NCBI GenBank assembly: GCA_035548815.1
Contig: DASZSF010000004.1
Span: 57,261 to 121,260, forward strand
DNA length: 64,000 nucleotides
From: Minisyncoccota bacterium
GTDB lineage: Bacteria > Patescibacteriota > Minisyncoccia > Phycocordibacterales > SBAW01
Direction of reading: 5' to 3'
A program made the position numbers and the translations under genes. Positions 40,177 to 49,176 of the stretch are shown here, piece by piece. Below the pieces are notes generated by a model. The model had not been told where the DNA came from. It saw only the letters and a program-made list of their open reading frames with translations, and made no database searches. How positions within the stretch are numbered: position 1 is the stretch's first letter; each line of letters starts with the position of its first letter.

Positions 40177-42061
40177 GGCCTGATTCGTCGACCCGCAACA
40201 TGTTGCGGAGCGTCTCTTCAGGCAGTCCAGGCTGGCGAGGTTTGTCCTCCCCGGCTATTTTGCCAAGCGCTTCTTTTAGCGTTGATTGTGATGGTGTATC
40301 TCTCTTCCTCTCTTTTTCCTGGCGTTCCTGTCTGTCTTCCTGTTTTGGTTCTGTCTCTTTTTCTACTGAGGTAGATTCTTTTTTGGATGTGGCCTGCATC
40401 AACGCCTCTTTCAAACTCATGGCGCCTTCGAGCTGGGGCTTCTGTGGGGTTTGTGTTGAAGATCGTGGAGTGTGGCTAGAGGGAGTTTGCACAGAAGCGC
40501 GCGATGCATGCGTTGACTGAACCTGCGCAGAGCCTCTCGATCCCGCTTCCGCGGGACGAGGCCGGCTCTGCTGCGGCCTTGGGCTACCCGCATGCTGTAG
40601 CGCAATCACAGGCTTCGGGGAGGCCGAAGCAGAACCCGGTTGCGAGGCCCCAGCCGAGTCAGAGGGTTGCTGCGCAGGCCTTAAGCTATTGCTTTGCGCA
40701 GGCTTTACCGGTATTGGTGTTGTTGAAGCTGACGAAACAGCAGGAACTGTCTTCTTTTGCACCATCGAATCAGGCTCGCTCCAATCTTTGAGAAATTGCT
40801 CTACATCTGTGCGTCGTTTACTAAACTGCTGCTGCGAACTTTTTATCACCTGCTCGACAAACCGCTCGGGCGGCAGGTCAAACGGCGAAAGCGTCGTTGC
40901 AGAAAAGGGCGGCGACCCGACGCCATCTATCATGAGCGTCAGGTACACCTGCGCGAAGCCGAGATTCACCAAGTCTGCTTGCGTAAATTGCGGCTGGAAT
41001 ATTGTTTCAAGCACTTCAGCATCGAACGGCCCGACGCGGAATGCAACAGTCGTACCCACGTTGCCAAACACTGCATTGCGGACCTCTTCTTCCATCTGCT
41101 CAATGTATTGGTGCGCGATGATGAGGTTCAATTTGTATTTGCGGGCTTCAGACAAAATGTCCGAAAAGCTTTCGTTTGCGAAGTTTTGGAATTCGTCAAC
41201 GTAAAAGTAAAATGACGGGAGTTCAGCAAGTGTCTTTGCATGTACGTCGGCGCGCGACATTGCCGCCAAATATATTTTGGTCACAAGCATCGAGCCCAAT
41301 AGGTTGGCATTTACTTCACCCACGCGGCCCTTGGAAAGGTTCATGATGATGATCTTTTTGTCGTCCATCATCTGGCGCAAGTCGAATGACGATTTCGGCT
41401 GACCCACAATATTGCGAATGAGAGGGTTTGATGTGAACTGGCCGATCTTGTTTTGAATTGCCGGTGTTGCTTCTTGTGTATAGCGGTCGGTATAATTTGC
41501 AAATTCTTCTGCCCAAAATGCTTTTACAATCGGGTCGCTGATATTGTCGACAACCTTTTTGCGAAAGTTTTTGTTGACCAGCATTCGGTTGACGTCCAAA
41601 AGCGTCGAGCCCGGATATTCCAAAAGTGCCAACAGCGTGTTGGAAAGAATGTATTCCATGCGGGCGCTCCACGAGTCAGGTCCCCAGATTTTTTTGAATG
41701 CAGAAATGAGGCCTGACACCACCAAGTGGCGCTTGTCGTAGCCCACGTCTTCCATCACATTGAACGCCACGGGGTTTTCCATGTCGAACGGCGCGAAGTA
41801 CAGCACATCTTTAATGCGATGCTCGGGCACGTATTCCAAAATGCGGTCGGCGGTCGAACCGTGCGGGTCGATGAATGCCACGCCTTCGCCATTGCGCACA
41901 TCTTGAATGGCCATATTTTCGAGCAGGGTAGATTTACCCATGCCTGTCTTACCGATGATGTACATGTGGCGCTCGCGGTCGCGACGTTTAATACCAAACG
42001 GCACTGCTTTGCCGCGGGAATTAGTTTGCGCGAAATATGTTATCTTGTCGCGATCTTGCAT
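40163..42061 (-). CDS. VirD4/TraG/TraD-like (T4SS coupling-protein family) P-loop ATPase, cytoplasmic, with ~200-aa low-complexity Ser/Pro/Gln/charged C-terminal tail
   Basis: 632 aa; Walker A YIIGKTGMGKSTLLEN, Walker B-like FYFYVDEFQNF, ...LIIAHQYIEQM...; no N-terminal TM helices. Confidence 0.7.
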   Translation of the reverse strand: MQDRDKITYFAQTNSRGKAVPFGIKRRDRERHMYIIGKTGMGKSTLLENMAIQDVRNGEGVAFIDPHGSTADRILEYVPEHRIKDVLYFAPFDMENPVAFNVMEDVGYDKRHLVVSGLISAFKKIWGPDSWSARMEYILSNTLLALLEYPGSTLLDVNRMLVNKNFRKKVVDNISDPIVKAFWAEEFANYTDRYTQEATPAIQNKIGQFTSNPLIRNIVGQPKSSFDLRQMMDDKKIIIMNLSKGRVGEVNANLLGSMLVTKIYLAAMSRADVHAKTLAELPSFYFYVDEFQNFANESFSDILSEARKYKLNLIIAHQYIEQMEEEVRNAVFGNVGTTVAFRVGPFDAEVLETIFQPQFTQADLVNLGFAQVYLTLMIDGVGSPPFSATTLSPFDLPPERFVEQVIKSSQQQFSKRRTDVEQFLKDWSEPDSMVQKKTVPAVSSASTTPIPVKPAQSNSLRPAQQPSDSAGASQPGSASASPKPVIALQHAGSPRPQQSRPRPAEAGSRGSAQVQSTHASRASVQTPSSHTPRSSTQTPQKPQLEGAMSLKEALMQATSKKESTSVEKETEPKQEDRQERQEKERKRDTPSQSTLKEALGKIAGEDKPRQPGLPEETLRNMLRVDESGHANR

Positions 42062-42111
42062 CCTTGGTCTTAGTATACCAGGACCACATGAAGAGCAGAT
42101 AAGAAAAAGCT

Positions 42112-42363
42112 CTACTCTGCGTGAAATTCAGGCTCGCTCATTCTCACATCATCCATAGGACGCGTGTTTTCTTGGAATGGGTGATGCTCCGTAGAAGATT
42201 TTCGAGGTGTACGCAGCATTTCTCCGCGCTGCAAAAATCCCACAACAGCAACTGCGGCACCAATAAGCACGAGCAGTCCAGTGCGCCACGGACTCGGGAA
42301 ACCAGTATACGGGATAATCATGGTGAGAATGCCGAGCACTATCAGAGTCATTTCGCGTGACAT
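42112..42363 (-). CDS. Small 2-TM membrane protein, hypothetical
   Basis: 83 aa; two hydrophobic segments. Confidence 0.4.
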   Translation of the reverse strand: MSREMTLIVLGILTMIIPYTGFPSPWRTGLLVLIGAAVAVVGFLQRGEMLRTPRKSSTEHHPFQENTRPMDDVRMSEPEFHAE

Positions 42364-42367
42364 ACGG

Positions 42368-43033
42368 CTATTCTACCACGACGACGAACTCGCCGCGCTG
42401 CTTATTTTTGTCACTCTGGAGTACTGCCAAAACCTCTGACGGCGTCCCGACAATATGCTCTTCGAACATCTTCGTGAGTTCTCTAAACAGACCAATGCGG
42501 CGCACTGGTCCGAGCGAGCGTTGAAGCGAGTCGAGGGCTTTGATAATACGGTGCGGTGATTCGTAAAATACGCTCGCACGATCATTCTTTGCAATCTCTT
42601 TAAAAAGAGATTCTCTTCCCTTCTTTGTTGGCAAGAATCCGTAGAACGTAAAGGTTGGTGCGCGAAGCCCTGCGACAGAAAGCGCTGCTGCTAGTGCTGA
42701 TGCGCCGGGTATTACTTCTATAGCATGTCCTGCATCGCGTGCATGAGAAACAATTTCCAAACCCGGGTCAGATACTCCAGGAGTGCCGGCATCAGATACA
42801 AGCGCTACATGCTTGCCAGACTCAAGCAGAGACATCACGCGCGCATGGGTTGCAGTGGGCGTATGAATATCAAAATGCGCTAAAAGTTTTTTGGTGACGC
42901 GCGTATCTTCGCATGCAACGACGTCCGCTTCTTTAAGAATGCGAAGTGCACGCAAGGTAATATCCTCGAGATTGCCTATAGGGGTCGCGACGACCGAAAG
43001 CTTCCCGCCCTGAGTCCTATCGAAGGGTGCCAT
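42368..43033 (-). CDS. rsmI: 16S rRNA (cytidine1402-2'-O)-methyltransferase
   Basis: 221 aa; LSVVATPIGNLEDITLRALRIL...VACEDTR...SDAGTPGVSDPG tetrapyrrole-methylase fold. Confidence 0.9.
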   Translation of the reverse strand: MAPFDRTQGGKLSVVATPIGNLEDITLRALRILKEADVVACEDTRVTKKLLAHFDIHTPTATHARVMSLLESGKHVALVSDAGTPGVSDPGLEIVSHARDAGHAIEVIPGASALAAALSVAGLRAPTFTFYGFLPTKKGRESLFKEIAKNDRASVFYESPHRIIKALDSLQRSLGPVRRIGLFRELTKMFEEHIVGTPSEVLAVLQSDKNKQRGEFVVVVE

Positions 43034-43195
43034 ATAAGAGGTATACCAGAGGCCCGGAAGTTATGCACGAGCCCCTATTGCGCAATTTTTTATATATGAA
43101 ATGCTCAGGGTGTAAGCTCTGTATTAGTTCGCGTTGTGTAAAAGCGTACCTCACCGCGGCCAGCATCCCGCTGGAAGCAAACGTGGAGCACAGCC

Positions 43196-43777
43196 ATGAA
43201 GAAGGCACTCTTGTGCGCCGCCCTGTTGGGTGGTGCCATCGCCGTCGTCAGCAGCGGTCCGGCCTATGCGCTGGATTCGACGAAGAAGATCGCGCCGCCG
43301 CTCAACTGGGGCTCGATGGGCTCCCAGTGCTACGGCATCAACCTGAGCCGCGTCGGCACCGAGATCGTCTTCCCGTCGGCCGGCGTCTCGCTGCTGGTCA
43401 ACAAGGACGTCGAGTCCATCCAGGCCGTCAACTTCGAGGGCGCCGGCGGTGCGATCGACAAGACGATGGGCATCCGCGTCGGCGACATCGGCACCTACAT
43501 CAGCAAGGCCCCGCGGGCCAAGCAGCCGACCAAGCAGGCCGCGAACTTCGAGGCGAAGGACGTGCTGCTGCAGTCGGCCGCGATCAACGAGCCGGTCACC
43601 AAGGATCACTACGTCGGCCCGATGATCACGGCGCGTTTCGACGGCCTGAAGACGCTGGACTCGATCATCGTCGACACGACCTACGACTACGGCCTGTCGC
43701 TGGCCGTCCATCATCGCCCGGCGCCGATCGGCACCGATCAGCGCGGGCGCGACGGCGAGTACATCGCCGCCACGTGA
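43196..43777 (+). CDS. Secreted hypothetical protein encoded in a high-GC (about 65%, GC3-biased) segment; probable horizontally acquired gene
   Basis: 193 aa; Sec signal MKKALLCAALLGGAIAVVSSGPAYA; codons almost uniformly end in G/C, unlike neighbouring genes; GGAG located 8 nt upstream of ATG. Confidence 0.5.
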   Translation: MKKALLCAALLGGAIAVVSSGPAYALDSTKKIAPPLNWGSMGSQCYGINLSRVGTEIVFPSAGVSLLVNKDVESIQAVNFEGAGGAIDKTMGIRVGDIGTYISKAPRAKQPTKQAANFEAKDVLLQSAAINEPVTKDHYVGPMITARFDGLKTLDSIIVDTTYDYGLSLAVHHRPAPIGTDQRGRDGEYIAAT

Positions 43778-43790
43778 CGCAACACGGAGC

Positions 43791-43850
43791 GGGGGGCCTC
43801 GGCCCCCCAATTCCTCCACCTCAAGAACCCCTTGAGGTGTTCTTGTTTTT
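43791..43850 (+). terminator. Tandem GC-rich hairpins plus T-tract after gene 43196-43777
   Basis: ggggggcc-tc-ggcccccc then cctcaag-aaccc-cttgagg tgttcttg ttttt. Confidence 0.5.
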
Positions 43851-43931
43851 AATGAAGCGCTCAATTGACTTTTTGATAAAAAATTAGCATTGTATTTGTG
43901 GATATAGAACACAAATCGGGACACCTCGCAC

Positions 43932-44810
43932 ATGGACTCACTCGTTCGACCCAACCCGCTCATGGTGCGTCATGAGCTCGGCAACAAAAGCGGCAATATC
44001 CGCTTCACTGCCAGCATCTTCGGTAGCAAAGACGAAAACTTGTCACTGGCGGGCCTCTACGGCCCCCAAGACGTTCTGAAACGCCGCGGTTTCTGCGACG
44101 CTCTCAAATACGAGCTCACGGGACTGGGTGCGCGCCGCGTTTTCGCCCCCACACCCGTGGACCCCGAGGGCAAGTTCAAGGCCATCCTCATCCCTCCCCA
44201 TGAGCTCACGACGAAGATTCCACTGGGCCATGGACTCAACCTGTGGCGCAACAGGGCGAAGCCCGCCGATGGGACTCTCCTCCAACAAGTAGGCGACACT
44301 GGTATCATCAGCGCTGGTGGCTGCCCGACCATAGTTGCAACATACCGCGACAAGTGCATCTTCGCCCACGCAGGGCGAGACTGCCTTATCGACCGGAAGT
44401 GGATCGACTCGCGCTTCACGCAGCGCGGCCGGCAACACGGAAGCGTCGTCGACTCAATCATCCAGACGCTCAAGACCTCGGAGCCCTTCGAAGCCGACGA
44501 CGTGGAGGTGTGGGTGTTCTGGGCCATCAAGCCCGAGAACTTCTACGACAATCTCGACGACCCGAAGTGGGGCAAGCGGAACCGGGAGACCTTCAACTAC
44601 GTTCAGGGCCGCTTCGGCAAGGCGGCCTACGAACAGGATGGCAGACTCATCGGATACGACCTGCCGGTCATGATTGGGGCGCTCTTCGCCCAGCATGGCG
44701 TGCTCAACATCTACGATGACCACGCCTACCTGCCGGACGAGTTTCCAACGACCCGCACCAAGGGTCAGGAACGCATGCGTTATCTGTCGGCCTTCGTCCG
44801 TCAGCTCTAA
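43932..44810 (+). CDS. Hypothetical protein (no signal peptide), GC3-rich, second gene of the compositional island
   Basis: 292 aa ORF; no recognisable motifs; followed by a hairpin ccgcttc...ggagcgg plus T-tract at 44822-44860. Confidence 0.45.
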   Translation: MDSLVRPNPLMVRHELGNKSGNIRFTASIFGSKDENLSLAGLYGPQDVLKRRGFCDALKYELTGLGARRVFAPTPVDPEGKFKAILIPPHELTTKIPLGHGLNLWRNRAKPADGTLLQQVGDTGIISAGGCPTIVATYRDKCIFAHAGRDCLIDRKWIDSRFTQRGRQHGSVVDSIIQTLKTSEPFEADDVEVWVFWAIKPENFYDNLDDPKWGKRNRETFNYVQGRFGKAAYEQDGRLIGYDLPVMIGALFAQHGVLNIYDDHAYLPDEFPTTRTKGQERMRYLSAFVRQL

Positions 44811-44860
44811 CAGCGGCCGCTTCACCCCACCCAGGGCAGGAGCGGTTTTTCTTTTGCGGT

Positions 44861-46291
44861 GTGGATGCTAGCATGTCGTATATGAAAGCCCATTTTATAG
44901 GCATCTCCGGCAAAGGCATGAGTGCTGTCGCATTGCTCTTGCGCGAAAAAGGCTGGGAGGTCAGCGGCTCCGACGAAGGGTTTTATCCGCCCGTGAGCAC
45001 CTACTTGGAAGATGCCGGAATATTCTTTGCGCACGAGTATAAAAAAGAAAATATTCCTACCGATGCTGACGTCATCATCATTGGCAAAAACGCAAAGCTG
45101 GTTCCTGAAACGAACGAAGAAGTTCGTGCTGCCTACGAAAGCGGCGTGCGTGTTGCATCATTCCCCGACATGCTCGAAGAGCTCACGCAGAGCAAAGAAA
45201 CCATCGTCGTTGTAGGGAGCTACGGTAAATCGACAACAACCGCACTCCTTTCGTGGTGCCTCAAATCCACTGGCAAAGACCCGAACTATTTTATTGGCGA
45301 GATCACGCGTGGATTCGCACAACACGCAAGCTTAGGTTCAAGCGACGTGTTCGTACTTGAGGGCGACGAATACCCATCCTCCAACATAGACCCGACGCCG
45401 AAATTTTTGCATTACAACCCCAAAAACGTTTTGCTCACGTCTGCGACGCATGACCATGTGAATGTTTACCCCACTCATGCAGATTATCTGAAGCCGTTTG
45501 AACAACTCCTCTCATCACTCCCGGAAGATGGCTTGCTCGTCGCAAACGGTGACGAAGAACATGCGCGAAGACTTGCAGAGGCATATGGGAAGAACATCAT
45601 TTTCTACGGTATGAGCGACACAAACGAATGGTATCCGGCGAATATTACGTTCGGCGAAACCACAATGTTTGATCTAATGCGCAACAAAGAGAAAGTAGTG
45701 GCGTTTTCAACAAAGCTTTTGGGCTCACATAATATCGAAAATATCGTCGGTGCGGCGGCCATGCTGTTGAGCAAAGAACTTCTTACGCCAGAAGAATGTG
45801 CAGCGGGCGTTGCAAGTTTCCAGGGCGTCAAACGCCGCCTTGAATTGCTCACGCAAAATTCTACCGTGCCAGTGCTTGAAGGTTTTGGCTCAAGTTACGA
45901 AAAAGCGCGCAGTGCTATTGAAGCAACACGGCTCCATTTTGCTGGTCGCCGCCTTATTGTCGTGTTCGAACCGCACACGTTTAGTTGGCGGAATCGCGGC
46001 GCAATAGAATGGTACGACAGTGTCTTTACCGGCGCCGACCGTGTCTACATCTACGAACCGGCATCCCAAGGAAGCCACAGCCACGAACAACTTTCACAAA
46101 ACAATATAGTCGAGCGTGTAAGCGCTGCTGGTATCACAACTGTAGCTATCACGAGCCCGGCAGAAACTCTTACACTTCTGGAAAAAGAATTGAAAGAGGA
46201 CGATATCGTTTTGCTTCTCACATCAGGGAGTTTCGATGGCCTTATTGAAGGCATCCCTGCATTAGCCGAACAAAAGTTCCCCACTGCATGA
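44861..46291 (+). CDS. Mur ligase family protein (MurC / Mpl-like UDP-N-acetylmuramate-L-alanine or murein-peptide ligase)
   Basis: 476 aa; N-term HFIGISGKGMSAVALLLREKGWEVSGSD, P-loop VVGSYGKSTTTALL, Mur ligase C-terminal region. Confidence 0.85.
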   Translation: MDASMSYMKAHFIGISGKGMSAVALLLREKGWEVSGSDEGFYPPVSTYLEDAGIFFAHEYKKENIPTDADVIIIGKNAKLVPETNEEVRAAYESGVRVASFPDMLEELTQSKETIVVVGSYGKSTTTALLSWCLKSTGKDPNYFIGEITRGFAQHASLGSSDVFVLEGDEYPSSNIDPTPKFLHYNPKNVLLTSATHDHVNVYPTHADYLKPFEQLLSSLPEDGLLVANGDEEHARRLAEAYGKNIIFYGMSDTNEWYPANITFGETTMFDLMRNKEKVVAFSTKLLGSHNIENIVGAAAMLLSKELLTPEECAAGVASFQGVKRRLELLTQNSTVPVLEGFGSSYEKARSAIEATRLHFAGRRLIVVFEPHTFSWRNRGAIEWYDSVFTGADRVYIYEPASQGSHSHEQLSQNNIVERVSAAGITTVAITSPAETLTLLEKELKEDDIVLLLTSGSFDGLIEGIPALAEQKFPTA

Positions 46292-46980
46292 AGACCATTC
46301 CCCTGCCTGCCAAAGATTTTGATATCTATATCGCACGGTCTGACACACAGTGGATTCTTCGCGAAGGCGAGCCGCTTGCCGAAGTGTACGAACAAGGCTA
46401 CTTGCCATATTCGGGCGCTCAGGATAGCAAAGATATTTTCTACTCTGGCCGCAGTGCCCGGGTTATACTGGCTGACTTTGAATTGAGCAGCGAGAACCGC
46501 CGCATCGCGAAAAAATTTGATGGCGCTTTCACCAGAGAAGTTATTCCATTTGCAGAATTCAAGCCCGACGATTATTTTTGGACTCTCTCGCTCACCTATT
46601 TTGCACAAAAACACGGAGCCAATGCGATGCCCCGCGCCCGCATCGAAGCGCTGTTTGACGCAGGCATCCTTACATCGGTCATTGTGTACAGCAATGCCGA
46701 AAAAATAGTCGCGTACGTACTTGAAGCAGAAGACGGCAACATGGGCCACTATTGGTATTCGTTCTACGACATCACTCTCGCTAAACAATCACTCGGAATG
46801 TGGCTTATGCTCGACTGCGTTCGCGCGGCCAAAGAACGTGGCCTTGCATACTACTACCTCGGCACGGTGTATGGAGAAAAAGCGCTCTACAAAACTAACT
46901 TCCAGCCGCTTGAATGGTGGGACGGGACTGGCTGGAATATTGACCAGAAGCTCTTACGCGAACGCGGACGCTCTGAATAG
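46288..46980 (+). CDS. Aminoacyl-tRNA--protein transferase-like protein (ATE_C / Bpt-like GNAT fold), divergent; translationally coupled to the Mur ligase
   Basis: 230 aa; C-terminal YYYLGTVYGEKALYKTNFQPLEWWDGTGW resembles the ATE_C consensus (YxYLGYxI...YKxxFxPxE...W); start overlaps the upstream stop (ATGA). Confidence 0.45.
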   Translation: MKTIPLPAKDFDIYIARSDTQWILREGEPLAEVYEQGYLPYSGAQDSKDIFYSGRSARVILADFELSSENRRIAKKFDGAFTREVIPFAEFKPDDYFWTLSLTYFAQKHGANAMPRARIEALFDAGILTSVIVYSNAEKIVAYVLEAEDGNMGHYWYSFYDITLAKQSLGMWLMLDCVRAAKERGLAYYYLGTVYGEKALYKTNFQPLEWWDGTGWNIDQKLLRERGRSE

Positions 46981-47011
46981 CGTCCGCGTTATTCGCACAT
47001 ATTTTTTCTAA

Positions 47012-47611
47012 CTAGTGGGTCGTTGTCGGCGGCAAGAGCACCTGATTTATCACATACACAATACCGTTGTTTGTGCGGTATGCGCGGACAATTGCCGAGC
47101 TGTTTACGCGTGCGCTGACATCGTTCACATTCTTGGTGAAGTTGAGCATGTCCTTCGACAAAGCCTGCACAGTTCCTGCCACTTGCGCGTTCACGTCAAT
47201 CATTTTGCCAGAGACAATGTGGTACTGAACGAGGCGCTTCAATTGCGCAACGCTCAAATTGTTGATGGTGCCTGCTGGAAGGAGGCCAAAGCTTGCGTCT
47301 GTTGGGACAAAGATCGTGTATGGACCTTTGCCGGTGAGCGAGGCCGAAACACCCGTACTTACAAGCAGGCTCGCAAAACGAGATTCACCCCCAAGAGATG
47401 CAACGACACTCCCGACGTTAGAAGTGCTGCGATCTTCAGCAGTCACAGTACCGGTAGAACCAAGTGCGTCTGTTGATGATGCCGACGGTGCACCATAGTC
47501 GACAGCCTGCATGCCCGACGGAGACCTTGACGAGTAATACCACCACGCACCAAACACGAGCACCAAGACTACGACAGCGCCCCACACCCACATTCGAGTG
47601 TTGTTGTCCAT
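47012..47611 (-). CDS. Fasciclin (FAS1) domain protein with N-terminal TM anchor
   Basis: 199 aa; TM MWVWGAVVVLVLVFGAWWYY; FAS1 motifs YTIFVPTDASF...IVRAYRTNNGIVYVINQVLLP. Confidence 0.85.
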   Translation of the reverse strand: MDNNTRMWVWGAVVVLVLVFGAWWYYSSRSPSGMQAVDYGAPSASSTDALGSTGTVTAEDRSTSNVGSVVASLGGESRFASLLVSTGVSASLTGKGPYTIFVPTDASFGLLPAGTINNLSVAQLKRLVQYHIVSGKMIDVNAQVAGTVQALSKDMLNFTKNVNDVSARVNSSAIVRAYRTNNGIVYVINQVLLPPTTTH

Positions 47612-47795
47612 ACAAATACTTTATTACTAACGTTTATAAACTATTGTTGAGGTTGACCTCAGCCGTAACCATAATACCCTGTGTGTGAATTCTTTATGAA
47701 GATTTATTCATCTTCTGACACTCTATATTGACTTTATATAAATTTGGTGTAGAAATAATTCGAACACGTTCGTTCAAACCACAGGGAGAAATGAT

Positions 47796-48797
47796 ATGTG
47801 CACCATCGCGCGCATCTTCGTCTATGCCATCTTCGGGCTGTTCATGCCCCTGCTTGCTGCTGAGGCTGTCGAAACGGACCCGCCCTTGACGGCGCGGAAC
47901 GCAGTGGAAGCGGCCAACATCATTATGGAGCACCACATGCCGGCCCTGCCCGAGCGGTGCCGTCCGGTGCTGGTCCGTGTCCTCGACAATGCCGCCTCGC
48001 GCAAGAACGTCCACCAGGAGTGGCTCGACGTCTACAACCAAGGCTGCATCGGCGGCCGTGCCGAACTTGCCGACATCAATGGCGTGCAGATCGCCAAGTC
48101 CGCACTTTACAAGGAGTGGTGGAGCACGCCGGCCTGGCAGTACGACAAAGTGCAAACGAAAGTCTGGGCCAAAATGATCGGCGAGGTACGCTACATCAAC
48201 CTGAAAAACTTCTACGAGAGCGATCTGCGCGTCACGCTTCGAGCGCTTGCCACCGAGAAACCTCTGCCAAGCGGCGGCTACATCGTCGACATGCGAGGCA
48301 GCGGCGGCGGATACATCTGGGCCGCGCACACCCTAGGCATGCTGTTCGCTAAGAACACCGCCGAACCGGTGATGTTCAGGACGACGCGACAGGGCACGGA
48401 CTCCATGGTAGTGGAAAAGCCCGGTGAGCTGTCGGACAAACCGCTCGTCGTGCTTGTCGACCAGGACTCTGCCTCTACGGCGGAGATGGCGGTCTGCATG
48501 CTGACCCAGAACAAGGCGGCGCGCGGGGTGCTCATGGGCAAGAAGACCCACGGCAAAGGTAACGGCGCATGGAACCTGCAGATCCCGGGGAAACTCAGGA
48601 TCACCTACACGAGGTACACGTTCTCCTGTCCCGGCAAGGATGGGAAAGAGGTCCTCGTGGACGGCAAGGGTATCGAACCCGACATCCGGTTGCCAGATGC
48701 CGACCTCAAGGTGACCTCCTTCACCGAGAACGACAAGGCCATCACGGCCGCGCTTCAACAGCTGGCTGTCATCAAACAGCTCGCCGCAACACGCTGA
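47796..48797 (+). CDS. S41-family C-terminal processing peptidase with signal peptide; GC3-rich
   Basis: 333 aa; YIVDMRGSGGGYIWAAHTLGMLF, PLVVLVDQDSASTAEMAV, GKKTHGKGN, VDGKGIEPDIRLP; AGGGAGA SD-like sequence 6 nt upstream. Confidence 0.8.
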   Translation: MCTIARIFVYAIFGLFMPLLAAEAVETDPPLTARNAVEAANIIMEHHMPALPERCRPVLVRVLDNAASRKNVHQEWLDVYNQGCIGGRAELADINGVQIAKSALYKEWWSTPAWQYDKVQTKVWAKMIGEVRYINLKNFYESDLRVTLRALATEKPLPSGGYIVDMRGSGGGYIWAAHTLGMLFAKNTAEPVMFRTTRQGTDSMVVEKPGELSDKPLVVLVDQDSASTAEMAVCMLTQNKAARGVLMGKKTHGKGNGAWNLQIPGKLRITYTRYTFSCPGKDGKEVLVDGKGIEPDIRLPDADLKVTSFTENDKAITAALQQLAVIKQLAATR

Positions 48798-48869
48798 AGC
48801 TCCCGTTCAACGACTTCGTCAACGCGCCATCACACGGCGCGTTTTCTTTTTGGGAAAAATTATATTGAG

Positions 48870-48952
48870 TGGGCATGGGGAGACTCGAACTCCCAATCCT
48901 TACGGAACACGCTTCTGAGACGTGCGCGTATACCAAATTCCGCCACATGCCC
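48870..48952 (-). tRNA. tRNA-Leu (anticodon CAG), type II long-variable-arm tRNA, CCA not encoded
   Basis: GGGCATGTGGCGGAATTTGGTATACGCGCACGTCTCAGAAGCGTGTTCCGTAAGGATTGGGAGTTCGAGTCTCCCCATGCCCA folds as a cloverleaf with 7-bp acceptor, 3-bp D stem, anticodon loop CUCAGAA. Confidence 0.9.
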
Positions 48953-49176
48953 GAACAGCAAACTAGACTATTGTTATACCTTATTCCTTAGCTCCCTCAA
49001 ACTTCTGAACTGTGCCGCAGCGGCGGCATTTTATTTCGATAGTGCCCAGCCGAATATTGCCCTTGGCTAAGAGTTTTCCACACGCGCACCGGTAGTCTTG
49101 TATAGTAAGCATGTCTGCACTCTAGTCCTATAGGGCTGAGGCGACGATGGGCTTTTAATAAGTAAAAAATAAAGCG

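Noticed and set aside
43027-43963. 286-aa + ORF (43027-43887) and 270-aa minus ORF (43151-43963) rich in Arg/Gly/Asp
   Set aside because: Alternate-frame and antisense ORFs of the very GC-rich island gene 43196-43777. The real frame has a clean signal peptide and GC3 pattern.
47728-47760. Possible sigma70 promoter TTGACT-17-AGAAAT upstream of the S41 peptidase
   Set aside because: The -10 element is a poor match; not reported as a feature.
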